Below, piece by piece: positions 12,830 through 24,894 of a stretch of DNA of 64,000 nt (position 1 is the stretch's first letter; the number at the start of each line of letters is the position of its first letter). The stretch spans positions 52,328,001-52,392,000 of the forward strand of contig NC_043000.1 of assembly GCF_006345805.1 (NCBI RefSeq). Reading direction: 5' to 3'. The notes under the pieces were generated by a model. The model saw only the letters and a list, made by a program, of their open reading frames with translations. It was not told the DNA's origin and ran no database searches. The translations under genes and the position numbers were made by a program. This DNA is from Octopus sinensis. Taxonomy: Eukaryota.

Positions 12830-13720
12830 CAGCTAAGAGAGTAAAGATTATCTTAAATCAAAAACCACAAATCTTCTTCCAAACAGCTTCCCAAGATTTT
12901 CTACTCTGACAGCAATACCGTTTGTCAAGATAGCAGCTTTACTGATAAAAATCTTCTCTATCTACCTCTCCTCTATCATCCACTCGTTGGAATAGGTCTG
13001 GGTAACTTTTCTGGTTTGCCCCACCACTTTTTTCCCTTAATATTAGGTAGGAGATTCTTGAACTTAGTAGATATTCGCCTCCCTAAACCCCATTGATGCA
13101 ATAAAGTCTTTAACAGACACGCAGTAAATTTTATCTTTTCTTGTCCTCCGAATGTTAATCCGTATATCAATAAGCATTGGACGTCTCAAGCCTGCCCTGG
13201 ATGCATATGTAAACATAGGGGATCGATGTAGCTTCCGTTTTTTGTGGGGCACAAGTTTCAGCAGTCTGCGAAAATAGTCGCGCAAATATCAGACGTTGTA
13301 TCGGAACCGCGGGAGGAGAGTTGGAGTTTGCATATCGCAACCATCTTTCTAGCTTGAGGTACTGTGTGTGGGGGGAGAGATATTCAGCAGCCATTTCGGG
13401 TTTTATCTGAGGATTTAGGGACGACGGAATCAATTTCGATGTCAGGAGGAGGGTCCTCTCTGTGTCCTGGCCCTGCATTGACGGGTCTTGAGGATGTTCA
13501 GTGTGTGTGCTTCAAAAACTGTAACCTCTGGTGAACGCATGGGTTGGAGGAGTGAGATCTTTTGTGTACACATTTCAAGAGGTGTATGCATCTTATTGGA
13601 ATTTGGAGGTGGGCACCGGACGCTTGGTGAACCATTGGCGTCTGGTTTACGTCTGTGGTCATTCTCTAGATGGACACTCAGCTGAAGGATCGCTGGGTGC
13701 CTTTCATGAATGGGAAAGTT
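12830..13720 (+). mobile_element. Penelope-like element 3' fragment (GIY-YIG), strongly A-to-G shifted
   Basis: Single frame 13243-13524: CGAQV..CIGTAGGELEFAYRNHLSSLR..YSAAISGFI*GFRDDGINFDVRRRVLSVSWPCIDGS*GCSVCVLQKL, then MGWRSEIF; matches the PLE pattern YKA.V..YIG.TE..FK.RY.NH.SSF..ST.LS..IW.LK..I.W.IL..PY.NGS..C.LC..EKL..LNKRSE. 5' boundary uncertain. Confidence 0.85.
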
Positions 13721-14115
13721 GTAGATATGCCAAAACGCCTCATTGGTACTAATGTATTTCCTCTGGCATACTGTGCATCTTCGTCATTTTTATTTATTAG
13801 CTAACTGCCATTATGCATAAGAGTCTATGATGTAGTATCTAAACTGTTGTTTATATATTTGATAGAGTTAAAAGAGTTGCAGTATCCAATTATTGACTCT
13901 GACTACCTGTACTCATCTTTGCTTCACTGTAGAATACTGATGCTCTACATCTACCGCGACTCCTTTTGTTGAGTGAGAACATCGTCCTGGGAAACTTTTA
14001 CGAAAATTGAAATGAGGATTAAATGAAAAAATGAGTTACGTGAATATCTTCACAAGAGTAATTGAAATAAATGGTGATTGTGGAACGCCCCACGCATGCA
14101 CAAACACACATACAT

Positions 14116-14148
<33 letters not shown>

Positions 14149-14295
14149 AGGAGTATCAAATATCAGATGAATTGGACGTGTGTGTGTGTGTGTGAGAGAG
14201 AGAAGGGGTGTCTTGTCATCTATACGTACATAAATAAATATGCATACATCTTTTTGTGTGTGTATATGAGAGAGACAGTGAATGCCACTTAGACA

Positions 14296-14334
<39 letters not shown>

Positions 14335-15104
14335 CTCTCTCTGTCTCTCTCACACACACGCACGCATACATACAAAAAAAATGTACGCATATGTATTCAT
14401 GTATGTACGTATACATGACAACGCACCCCTTGACTCACTTACTCTCTCTCTATTACAAACACACACACACGTACATAAATGTATACAAACGTACTTATAA
14501 AAACAAATGTGCGCGTGTGTGACTGGCTTGTGTGTGTGTGGGAGAGAGAGGGTGCGAGAGAATATTGCGAACAATGAATGAAATAAACATGAAATCACAA
14601 AGTCATGTATATAAAAGCTATTGTACAGAATGTATAAATTCGTGAACTTAGTAAATATCTCTTTCAGTAATTTATCGTAGTTGTTTGTAAATAGTGAATT
14701 AAAACTTGAAATGAAAACGTCAAAATAGGCAGTGCATCTTTTCGCCGCTACTACATCAATACCGGAAGTTGATATTCAGAAACTTTCTTTTTAAAGTAGT
14801 GAATAATATAGCAATATTATTTATTTTTAATAAAAAATTCAAATGAAGAGCCTAAAATTTGTCCGGGGTCAAGTTATTCATGCATCGCAAGCATGGAAGC
14901 AATTGTTGAAGCCTTTATCGCGTGAAAGCGAATATACAGACATCTTTATTTTATATATTAGATATGTAAACACACACGCACACACACACACACACATATA
15001 CATATACGTACGTATATTTATTTATATACACACACACAACCACCCGTACACACACAAGTCAATTCTATTTAATAATATACAAGTTGGACATTTCCCTAAG
15101 CCTT

Positions 15105-15505
15105 AGTCACGTGACAACTTGCTGGGGCTGCCGCTGGAGACTATGCGGTAGGTATTTAAAGGAAAACATTTGACAAGACAGTCAGTCACCGACTGACACT
15201 CGCTGATGATACATCGAAGAGGCCAGGGAATAGAAGAAAGAAGGAGAAAGAAGACATGCACCCAACACCAGAGCTGAAGACACCTCCGAAAGGGGGGTCC
15301 CCGCCACGTCAAAACGGTAGAGGAGTAGGGGCCGAAACCGGACGTGGTTCCTCCTGATGATGTCTTGAGGTAACTGGATCCTATAAAGGACCTGTTGTGG
15401 TAGCAGACCACGAAACACGGTTGTAATTCCTTATTTGATAAACAACTAGCAGTTACGATTTCATCCAGTACAGGAGGCCTATGTAGATGAAAGTCAGGCA
15501 ACATT
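15105..15505 (+). mobile_element. GC-richer LTR/pLTR-like island with several hammerhead half-motifs
   Basis: Sharp composition shift, TATTTAAAGG box, three CTGANGA and two hairpin-preceded GAAAC motifs within about 210 bp; family not identified. Confidence 0.4.
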
Positions 15506-16260
15506 TACACATGTACGTATGTACAAGCCTAGGTAAGGGTTTTTCTTTTTAGGAAAAATTAGTACTTGTCCGTACATGCAAATTTTTCCTCTCCGTGCTG
15601 CCGACGCTTGTCTAAAGAAAATTCTGTCAATTTCTCGGTGATGCTGTTTGCAGTGACTGTCAGAACATTGACTGCCTTATTTCATTTAGTATCTCAGTAC
15701 ACAGTCAGCGGACAGTTTCGTAGTGCTGCCCTAATCAAATCCTTCGCAGGTGTCTGAAAATACAAGGTAGAAATATTAACTAAACTGAAATAAATACACT
15801 AGAAAAGGAAACCACATTGCAAACTACCCACATCGGTAAATAACTACAAATTTACTAAAGTAATCTTTTTTTAAATACATACTTATAAATATTCAGATGA
15901 TTGTCCTCAATTGATTCATTGAAAAGTACCATTAATGTCAGAAGAAAATTAGATGCATTTAGATTAAAGTTATCTTTAGAAATAGTAATGACGCCTGCTA
16001 CATTGGCTCTGCTCTTCAATCTCATTGGTCATCTCTTGTACTAGCGGTGAAGATCTGATAAATAACTGTACAGTGCTACAATTACGATATAATTACGTGT
16101 TAGCTATATTTATCTATAATTATCTATATGTATGTCTGTCTGTCTCTAAACGGTTATATTTATCGACTTAAATAGCATTCTTATCTATAGATATGTGTGT
16201 TTTTGTATGCTTATATAAATATGTGTATGAATATGAGTATACATATATATATATGTATAT

Positions 16261-16302
<42 letters not shown>

Positions 16303-16329
16303 CATATATATATACATGTAAGTATGTAT

Positions 16330-16841
16330 GTGGAGGTGCAATGGCCCAGTGGTTTGGGCAGCAGACTCACGGTCATAAATTCGTGGTTTCGATTCCTCGA
16401 TCGGGGATTGTGAGTGTTTATTGAGCGAAAACACCCAAAGCTCCACAAGGCTCTGGCAGGGGTGGTGGTGAACCCTGTTGTACTCTTTCACCACAACTTT
16501 CTCTCACTCTTTCTGCCTGTTTCTGTTGTACCTGTATTTCAAACGACCAGCATTATCACACTCTGCGTCACACTGAAACTCTCCGAGAAGTACATTAAGG
16601 ATACACATGTCTGTGAAGTGCTCACCTACTTCCACGTTAATAAATGAGCTGCGACGTTACTGGTGCCAAGCTATACCGGCCTTTGCCTTTCCCTATGATA
16701 AAATCGGTGGCGTGGAGAAGGTGTGGCAGGTATGCATGGGCGACTTATGCTCTTCCATAGAAAACCTTGCCCAGACTTGTGCCTCGGAGGGTAATTTTCT
16801 AGGTCCAATCCCATGGTCATTCATGACCGAAGTGGGGGGTC
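16330..16841 (+). mobile_element. SINE family B (tRNA-like head), tail type 1
   Basis: A-box tggcccagtgg, B-box ggtttcgattcc; first approximately 310 bp align with the 33575 copy. Confidence 0.88.
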
Positions 16842-17985
16842 ACATATATATATACCTTATGTATGTTAGATGAGTTCAAGAAAAATCTAGATACAGATGA
16901 ATATGGTACTTAAGTTGAGGCAGCAGAATTTAGTACAGTATTATCCATACAATTTCAAAGGTGATTAAAATCAAAATATGCAACAAGGATATCCAGAAGT
17001 AACGCAGTACGATCGTTTCATGCAACTCCATTTAGTATATACTATAAATTCATACTTAGCTTATATAAAAAATACTGCTTAGATTATAAATATATTAATA
17101 TATAATTAGCATGTTCATTTACCTCAATACTCCTTTATTAATACCAGTATATACCAGTTACTCAATATTTCCAGATACTATCTGATGAGTTATTATTTAC
17201 GTGTACAATATGTATAAATATTAAACTATTTCTTGATAATTTTTTTCTTCCTCTTTTGTGGTAAAAGTTGGGTATATATTCAAAAATATTCATAAATTTC
17301 TATCCTTTTGTTAAAATATTCTTCTTAATAATCCTTTGAATAACCCTGAACTTTAACTGTAAACAAAATAGCAACATTGTTTAAAGTATTTAACTATAGT
17401 ACTACATGATAATACTTCGCCTGTTTCATTATCAATGGTCTGCTAGTGGGGGATCCCCTTAATTATCAGCTAACATCTTGTTTTAAGTTTTCCATTACCA
17501 AATCTCGTGATATTACTTCTAATAAATCTTGACTTTTATGACTATAACATCTATGATGTCTGTCTGCTCTCTCAGCCCTACCCCTAACAGATAATGCCCT
17601 ATCTTCTCTCAGCCATAGATATACATGAGATTTGATAAACTAGTGTATAAATTAAAACCGAACCCATAAAAACAAACAATCAGTGACAGAGTCTGTAACA
17701 ATGTATATCTTCTTGAAAAAATTCAGTAACTTCTAAACTGGAGTTGAGACAGCATGTTCTTTGTCTATTTCCTTAAATTCTTGGAGAATTTGGTACTTCC
17801 TTAAATTCTTGGAGATTTTGTCTACACAAACATACACACACAAATTTAATTAAATTCTATGTCTTTGTGCAGCTGAAGATTGCTCAGCATTTGAAATTGA
17901 TGTAATGATTGCAATGTTCAAATAAATGGAGTTGCATGAAGCGAACGTACTGTATTACCTCTGGAAGTCCTTGTTGCATATTTTG

Positions 17986-18024
<39 letters not shown>

Positions 18025-18039
18025 ATATATATAATATAT

Positions 18040-18072
<33 letters not shown>

Positions 18073-19020
18073 GTTTCTTAAATATTCGTAATATGTAAGT
18101 ATATAAGCTAATGAAGTATTATCTCTACATACATGCTGGTATGTCTGAGTGTGCATATTAGTTCGTAACAATATATTTATCAGCAAACATGTACTTATCT
18201 TGATATTATTTTAAACCTGTTCTGCGCATAGTTAACTCTCATTCTTAATTACCCAATCAAATTTATATAAATATACTTGATCTACTCTTTGTCGCATTAA
18301 TATTTCCACTGTTAATTTGTGAACTTATTAATTTAGATGTTTGCCTGTCAAACAAATTGCCCGCCTAGACAGTCACGCATATGTAACACATACAGACAAG
18401 CGCACTGCACATATGCTCGAAGAAACATACAGAAATATTATGTATGTTATCTTTGGGTTATCTTATAGCTGTCTAATTCCGAACGTGTCAGTATCTGTGT
18501 GTATGTGTGTGTATGTTTGTGTAGAATGAAGACGCTATGAAAATGTGCTTAAGTATCCTAAATTCTAATTACTAGTTCATTTAAAATGAGACAATATTAA
18601 TTGAAACTTTTAAGTATTTTAATAAGAACCACGCAATAATCTAAATCTGTATTCTTGCTTACATATAATTGGATAATTAAATTACAAAGTAAATCCATAT
18701 AAAGTATATGGAAATTATTTATCGGTAGGAAAGATACTGTAATAATTTCATAAAAGGAGTTTTTTCCTGCCTTTTCTACTCTCTCTATGTGTCATTTGCA
18801 CTTTGTAAGATATTTAAATGTAGCTCAATTTTTATCGTAATTTCCTTCTTCCAATTATCTTAATTTAAGTTGTTAATGCTTCTTGCGACAGCACAGATTT
18901 ATTATTGAGACACAAAGTATATAGTCAACGTGTATATAAAGATAAGAAGACACCAATTACCACTATAACTGTAAGATTTTATTGTACATGATACATACTT
19001 GCAATATTATTTGTGTGTGT

Positions 19021-19231
19021 GCTTCAGTCATTTGACTGCGGCCATGCTGCATCATCGCCTTTAATAGAATATATCGACCCCAGGATTTATTCTTTCTAAT
19101 CCTAGTACATATTTTATCGGTTTCTTTTGCCAAACCTCTAAGTAAACGCACCAACCTCGGTTGTCAAGCTATGGTGGGGAACAAACTCAGACACACAAAC
19201 ATACAAACACACACACACAGACACACACACA

Positions 19232-19291
<60 letters not shown>

Positions 19292-19455
19292 AATATATAT
19301 ATATATACGACGTGCTTCTTTCAGATTCCGTCCGCCAAATCCACTTACAAGTCATTATAGTAGAAGACACTTGCCGATGGTGCCATGCAGTAGGACTGAA
19401 CCCGGAACAATGTGGATGGTATGCAAACTTCCTACCACACAGCCACGCCTGCGCC
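19021..19455 (-). mobile_element. SINE family A
   Basis: Reverse complement aligns with 36532-36950; expanded internal (CA)n(TA)n. Confidence 0.9.
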
Positions 19456-19472
19456 TATACATACATATACTG

Positions 19473-19546
<74 letters not shown>

Positions 19547-20949
19547 ATCGAACAGTGAGAAAGAAATCTCTCAGTAATTATCAAGCCAGTCATATGGTGA
19601 TTTTGAAAGCGTCTCCAGCTTGAATGTGAATACGCGAAGGTACACGAAGCTACACAATGTATAGATACATATGGGAGAGATAAATATACAAATCCTATGA
19701 AGTAATTTATAAGAAAATCTTAATTGTTGTCTCCTTTGCGTTTGTCGTATCATCAATGCAAGAAGTTGTGTTCATCATTTTCTTTGTTGTCGGCATTCGT
19801 GTTTCTATTGCATGCATCTACATTACCTGCCAGGAAACATTTACTGCTTCCCTTTTTATGTCAAGAATGACTGTTTTTCTGTTGTTATATCTATTTCAGC
19901 CATGTATGATAACACAGAATGTTGGCCACAGAGCGACTGCTGGAAGGACCATTCTGCCTTGATGGATATCATAGCTCAATTACCTGGGTTTTTTATATGT
20001 TATTTCTTTTGCATGCACGTATGTATCATTAAACTTCCCTCGTCAATATCAACATGACAGTCGAAATTTTTCAGCATATTAGACCAATCCATATTCACTA
20101 GTCTCATGCAGAAATCTGGGTATTTACATGTCTTTGATACACTCCTAGGCTGTTTTCTCATAATCCCTTTTAAAACAACACAGAGCAGATGTAATATGCA
20201 TGTTGTTACATTGTCACTGCAGAATTTTTCTTTTAATGCATAAGTACACTAAGCACTTGAAAGTATGACTTACATCCTGTCAGAAAATGCTTCAGTGCCA
20301 CATTACATCCACATAAATATCATTGAGAGGCGTCACTTTAAAAATCTTTCAGTTTAATATTGATCGGTTACGTATACGCATCAGCTGGAATTTCAACATT
20401 TTTGATTGCATTTTACGTGACATACTCAATGATAGATTTCTTGTGAAGATGTCTGTTTCTTTCTCCATACGCTAGAGTCTCTACGCATACCGCTTCTACG
20501 CTACTGTCTCTATGGTTCTTCAATATGTTGTATTAATTTGTTTTACGGTATCACGCCTCACTTTTACCTACGCAAAAAAACATGCATACGACCAGCACAA
20601 ATAATGTTCACGTCAACGGTGACGTAGAGCGTCTATATCTAAAACGAAAACAAAAGCTTAACATTACTTCACACAGCGTTTGAATGACACATCATATACC
20701 TTCAGAAACATATTTTAGCCACCAAGTGTCGAAGAGACAAATAACATCATGAGACTTGAAAAAAGCAACTCGAGAAATATTCCAAGTTTGATCAGCAACA
20801 CATACCTGGAGATGATACATATCTCTATTACATCATATCAGATGAAGCGAGGAGTGCATATAAGGAGTAGGTATTGCACGGTTAGGTTAGAAGCAAGATC
20901 CACGATAAGAACAACACTGATGATTAACACAGTCTATTGTGAACCGAAA

Positions 20950-21160
20950 GGCGGATAACTAGCTCTCACGTTGAAGGAAATGCACATGCAATCTAGGAAC
21001 AGGAAATAGTTACCAAATCTTTGGAGCAAGAAAAAACACCAAAATGTGATAACCGATGCAGACATTGTGGTATTAACATGGAAGATGTCAGTAACGTCAT
21101 AGACAGTTGCTCGAAAATATCATCGAACTATCTATGGGATATGGTGTTGTTACCATGACA
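20950..21160 (+). mobile_element. R4/Dong-clade non-LTR retrotransposon fragment (CCHC knuckle region)
   Basis: SHVEGNAHAI*EQEIVTKSL..KCDNRCRHCGINMEDVSNVIDSCSKISSNY = AIQEQ..Cx2Cx8(H>N)x4C motif of REL-type LINEs. Confidence 0.75.
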
Positions 21161-21372
21161 ATATACATGTAAATACTTGAGAAGGATAATAATGAAACCA
21201 AAATGAAAAAAACCCATATTATGGTACAGACAATGATCCCCCCATCCCACAATATGAAAGAATGCTGGTAAAACTTCTCCGTGGAATCTCAACAAAATGC
21301 AAACATAATGTGTGTATCCACACACATACATACACATTCACAAACAAGCAAGACAATTACAATAAACGCGGT

Positions 21373-21781
21373 GATTAGAACATCTGCATATGATTTTTAA
21401 AAAAAATTACAGTCAGATGAGGGCAGCTGCATCGAACTCTCTCATGCACCAAATGGCAGTTGCTAAAAAGCATTCGTGAAGTAAAACCATGTAGCAAGAC
21501 CAAATGGCGGTGCCCCAGCATGGCCACAGCTCATGGGCTGAAACTAGAATCAATCAATCAATCAATCAGTCAGTTATACATCATATTTTGCTTTAAATTT
21601 GTCTGACGCACATATACTTAGTTCGATTTGAAACCTATTTGTGGATGGAACTTGAATGCTAGCTAGTTGTAGGTGCATCTTGCTGGTTTTCTATGCAGTA
21701 GAATCGGAAATCAGACAAATTTAAACCAAAATATGCAGTATAATTGGCTGTAGAAAGAAAAGTTATGCAGATGTATTAATC
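21373..21781. repeat. Inverted-repeat element (arms about 70 bp), left arm interrupted by a LINE 3' fragment
   Basis: 21373-21416 plus 21574-21606 is complementary to 21711-21781 (catctgcata..tattttg.tttaaatttgtctga). Confidence 0.8.
21414..21566 (+). mobile_element. 5'-truncated 3' end of the CR1/L2-group LINE
   Basis: Closely similar to 53025-53177; (AATC)n tail; flanked by the 7-bp duplication CAGTCAG (21410-21416, 21567-21573). Confidence 0.95.
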
Positions 21782-22086
21782 TTTGTATTGAAGAATAGAA
21801 GGTTTTGAATGGTACAACAATGCATTATAATACAGACAATAGGAAGTATGCCTGTTGTAATTTAGTCATCCAGAGTCTGATAAGATATTTCGGAATAATT
21901 TTCCTTCTTCAGATATTCTTAGATGGAGTCGCGGCTATAATCTATAATCTATGAATATCTGAAGAAGGAATATTATTTCGAAATATCATATCAGACTACG
22001 GATGACTAAATTACAACAGGTATATAGCTCATTGTCTGGATTATAGTGCATTGTTATACCATTCAAAACTTTCTATACTTTACAAA
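21782..22086. repeat. Palindrome of about 300 bp with a hammerhead-like core on each arm
   Basis: Arms about 21782-21924 and 21947-22086; + arm CTGAAGA-A-GGAAT(att)ATTTC-GAAA-TATCATATC; - arm has a GGAA/TTCC stem II. Confidence 0.85.
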
Positions 22087-22989
22087 CAATAAACAATGCT
22101 TCAAGCGAATTACAATACTCTCCAATCTTCGTATTCATTGTAATTGTCTTGCATATACACTCAGTGAAAAAATTATAATCCAGTGAAGAGAATCCAGGAT
22201 TTTCTCATCGGATAAATTAAGGTGGGACTGCTCACCTTAAATAAATCTAGATGTTCCTTACAACTCGGTCCAATTAGCCAGAAGCCGGAAGCGGGATTAT
22301 AACTGAGTGCTTTTACAGAACTCGCTTCAATAATTTGATCCCAATATATAAATCACACACACACACACACACCACACACACACACACACACATACACACA
22401 CACACACATCCTCGCTTATAGTTTTCCAATATACAGCAATTGCTGCTTCTGTTTAAACAGCAACATGATCTGTCACCATTCTCGTTGAATCTTTAGAGTA
22501 TACGTTATTCCTTCTAATACTCATTGATGCATTTTTGATTTATGTTCCATTGCAAATATCAGGGGATTTGCATTATCAAGGAAAGCAAGAGAAAAGCCAA
22601 TGCCAGTCTTGAAAAACATATTTCTTAATATATAGTGAAAAGGTTAATACGTAAAATCATCTATTACACATATAGACATAAATATTCAATACATTTTTCG
22701 CTGTATTATGTATTTGTTTCTTTTTCACCTGATATCTATATTGATCTATATCATTGAAGCTGTATGCCTTAATTTACTGCTTTTGAATGCACATACCGAG
22801 CAGAAAGCTTTCGAAACAGATGTTTTTTAACGAGATACACCTTGCAATTACCCGAAGGGACACATTAGCACCATCAGATACTCTTAAACCAGTTGTTCAT
22901 CATCCCACTCGTGCGGTATCGATGCTTGATGATTCAAACAAATTCAGTGATCAATAAACATTCTCGTGTCTTCTAGCTTTCGTCTCTTT

Positions 22990-24125
22990 CATGAAGGTTG
23001 CCAACTCAATTTCGAATAGAGCCATTGCCAAATTTCTTTATACTCTAGACTATCATCCATGAGCTGCACGAATATGACGTTTGAAGCCTGCCAAAGACTT
23101 GTATGTTTTTTGACGATCAGTTGAAGTAAATTTGTTGATTGCATAGTTTACAGCTCCATGAAGTTTACTATGCCTTTTCAAACCACGTTTTGAACTGCAT
23201 ACTTTATGACAGATTGTGCATTCGAAATTATCTGTCCATCTATAATCAATGTGCGGTTGTGCAATTTGTGATTTCATATCACTCTTTAGCCTAGCCTTAC
23301 TAAGACAAATCTTTCTACACTCATCACATGTAAGATCATCACGTTCATTAATGTTTGTTAGAACATCATTCCTGTGACTTTTCTCATCTTTCATTTGATC
23401 TCCGGATTCTCCATTCACTTCCTTTCAAATTCATTTTTGCCTTCATGCACAACGTTTTTCCATTTTTCTCGGCAATGCACTAAATCGCCCCACTTGTCAA
23501 CTACAACATCCATCTTATTCAATTCCAACTTCAGACAATCTTTGTACTTCATCTTTGGTTTGTGGGACGGACGCTTACCTGTCACCAAAAGAGTTATTTA
23601 GGTATTCTTTTGTCTATTATTCTAAGTGTCCACTCCATCTCAATCTGTACTGGAATAGCAAAGCTTCAATACAGAAGCCTTTTCCTCTTTCATGCACTTC
23701 ATCGTCACTTGCAAACATTCTCCAGCTGATCCTCAAAATCGTTCTGAGACATTGCTGATGAAAACGTTCCATAAGTTGTAAGTGATTACGATACACAGTT
23801 CAGGTTTCGCAAGTATACAATAAAGAGGTTATTGTATGTGTATTGTATACCTTAATATTTGTCGCAGTAGAAATATCTTGTCTAGACCACAGGCGGTCTT
23901 CCAGTTTGCCAAAAGCAAAACTGACTTTCTGAATGCGTAGTGACAATTCATCATCAAGATTCACTTTTGTGTTTAATGTGCTCACAAAGTAAACAAAGTT
24001 AGAAACGACTGCAAGTTTTCTTCCATACACGACGATACCAGGTTCTATGTCTGGCAATCCTGGTGTTGGTTGAAACATGACAACAGTTTTGGTTATAGAT
24101 TTATGGTTAAGCCAAGTGCCCCATA
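22990..24125 (-). mobile_element. RTE-clade LINE 3' fragment with three C-terminal C2H2-type fingers
   Basis: ORF 23800-24150 KTVVMFQP..LDDELSLRIQKVSFAFGKL..KVYN..SLLYTCET; ORF 23053-23418 CDECRKICLSKARLKSD, CTICHKVCSSKRGLKRH, decayed third finger ..KSLAGFKRHIRAAH. Confidence 0.9.
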
Positions 24126-24225
24126 AGCTAGTGAAATTGCATTCATTCATTCATACATACATACATACATACATACATAACATACTTGCATACATACACA
24201 CATACATACATACATACATACATAT

Positions 24226-24274
<49 letters not shown>

Positions 24275-24826
24275 CGTATATGTATGTGTATATATCTATA
24301 TACTGTTTAAATGTACTCCAATCTTGCTTGCTTGGAATGTTACACAGTTAAACTGATGTATAATGGAAAAATACTATGAATTAAGGTGCCCTGAAATGTG
24401 AATACAAACGGAACAAAACAAGTCTCGGGTAAATCGGACCACTGGTTTCTGAGATATGAGGGGTTTTGGGTGTATTAATACCGAAAATGTTGCATAATGG
24501 GAAAATACTCCGAAAATAACTTAACCCTGGAAGGGAAGACTCTCTAACCTTTCAGTTAGACACATTACGATGGGCAAAGGTTTTAGTGACTTAAACTTTC
24601 CAACAAAAAATACGAGTTGTTTTTACAGTAAATGCTTCTGTTTTCACTTTGCCAAACACAATATTTTAATCATTTAGAAATATTTTTAAGTGAATATGAT
24701 TACAAAAATATAAGTTGTTTGTATAGTGTTTATAGTTTAGCTTTGGTTAAACCGAGAATATTTTAATCTTTTAAAAAATTATTTTCATATGAATATCATC
24801 ACAAAAATTGATTTTGGCATATTTAA

Positions 24827-24894
24827 ATTTTATTTCATTTTATTTTATCTAGTTTCAGCTCACGAGTTGTGGTCATGCTGGGGCACCGCCATTT
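24827..24894 (-). mobile_element. Ultra-short (about 45 nt plus tail) 3' end of the CR1/L2-group LINE
   Basis: Reverse complement aaatggcggtgccccagcatgaccacaactcgtgagctgaaactag plus an (ATAAA)n-like tail. Confidence 0.85.

Noticed and set aside
17180-17900. Hints of a decayed PLE (CTGATGAG at about 17182, CTGAAGATTGC at about 17873)
   Set aside because: No complete fold and no readable protein motif
19560-20400. Possible DNA-transposase remnant on the minus strand (IKAEWSF..)
   Set aside because: Single short motif; no termini identified
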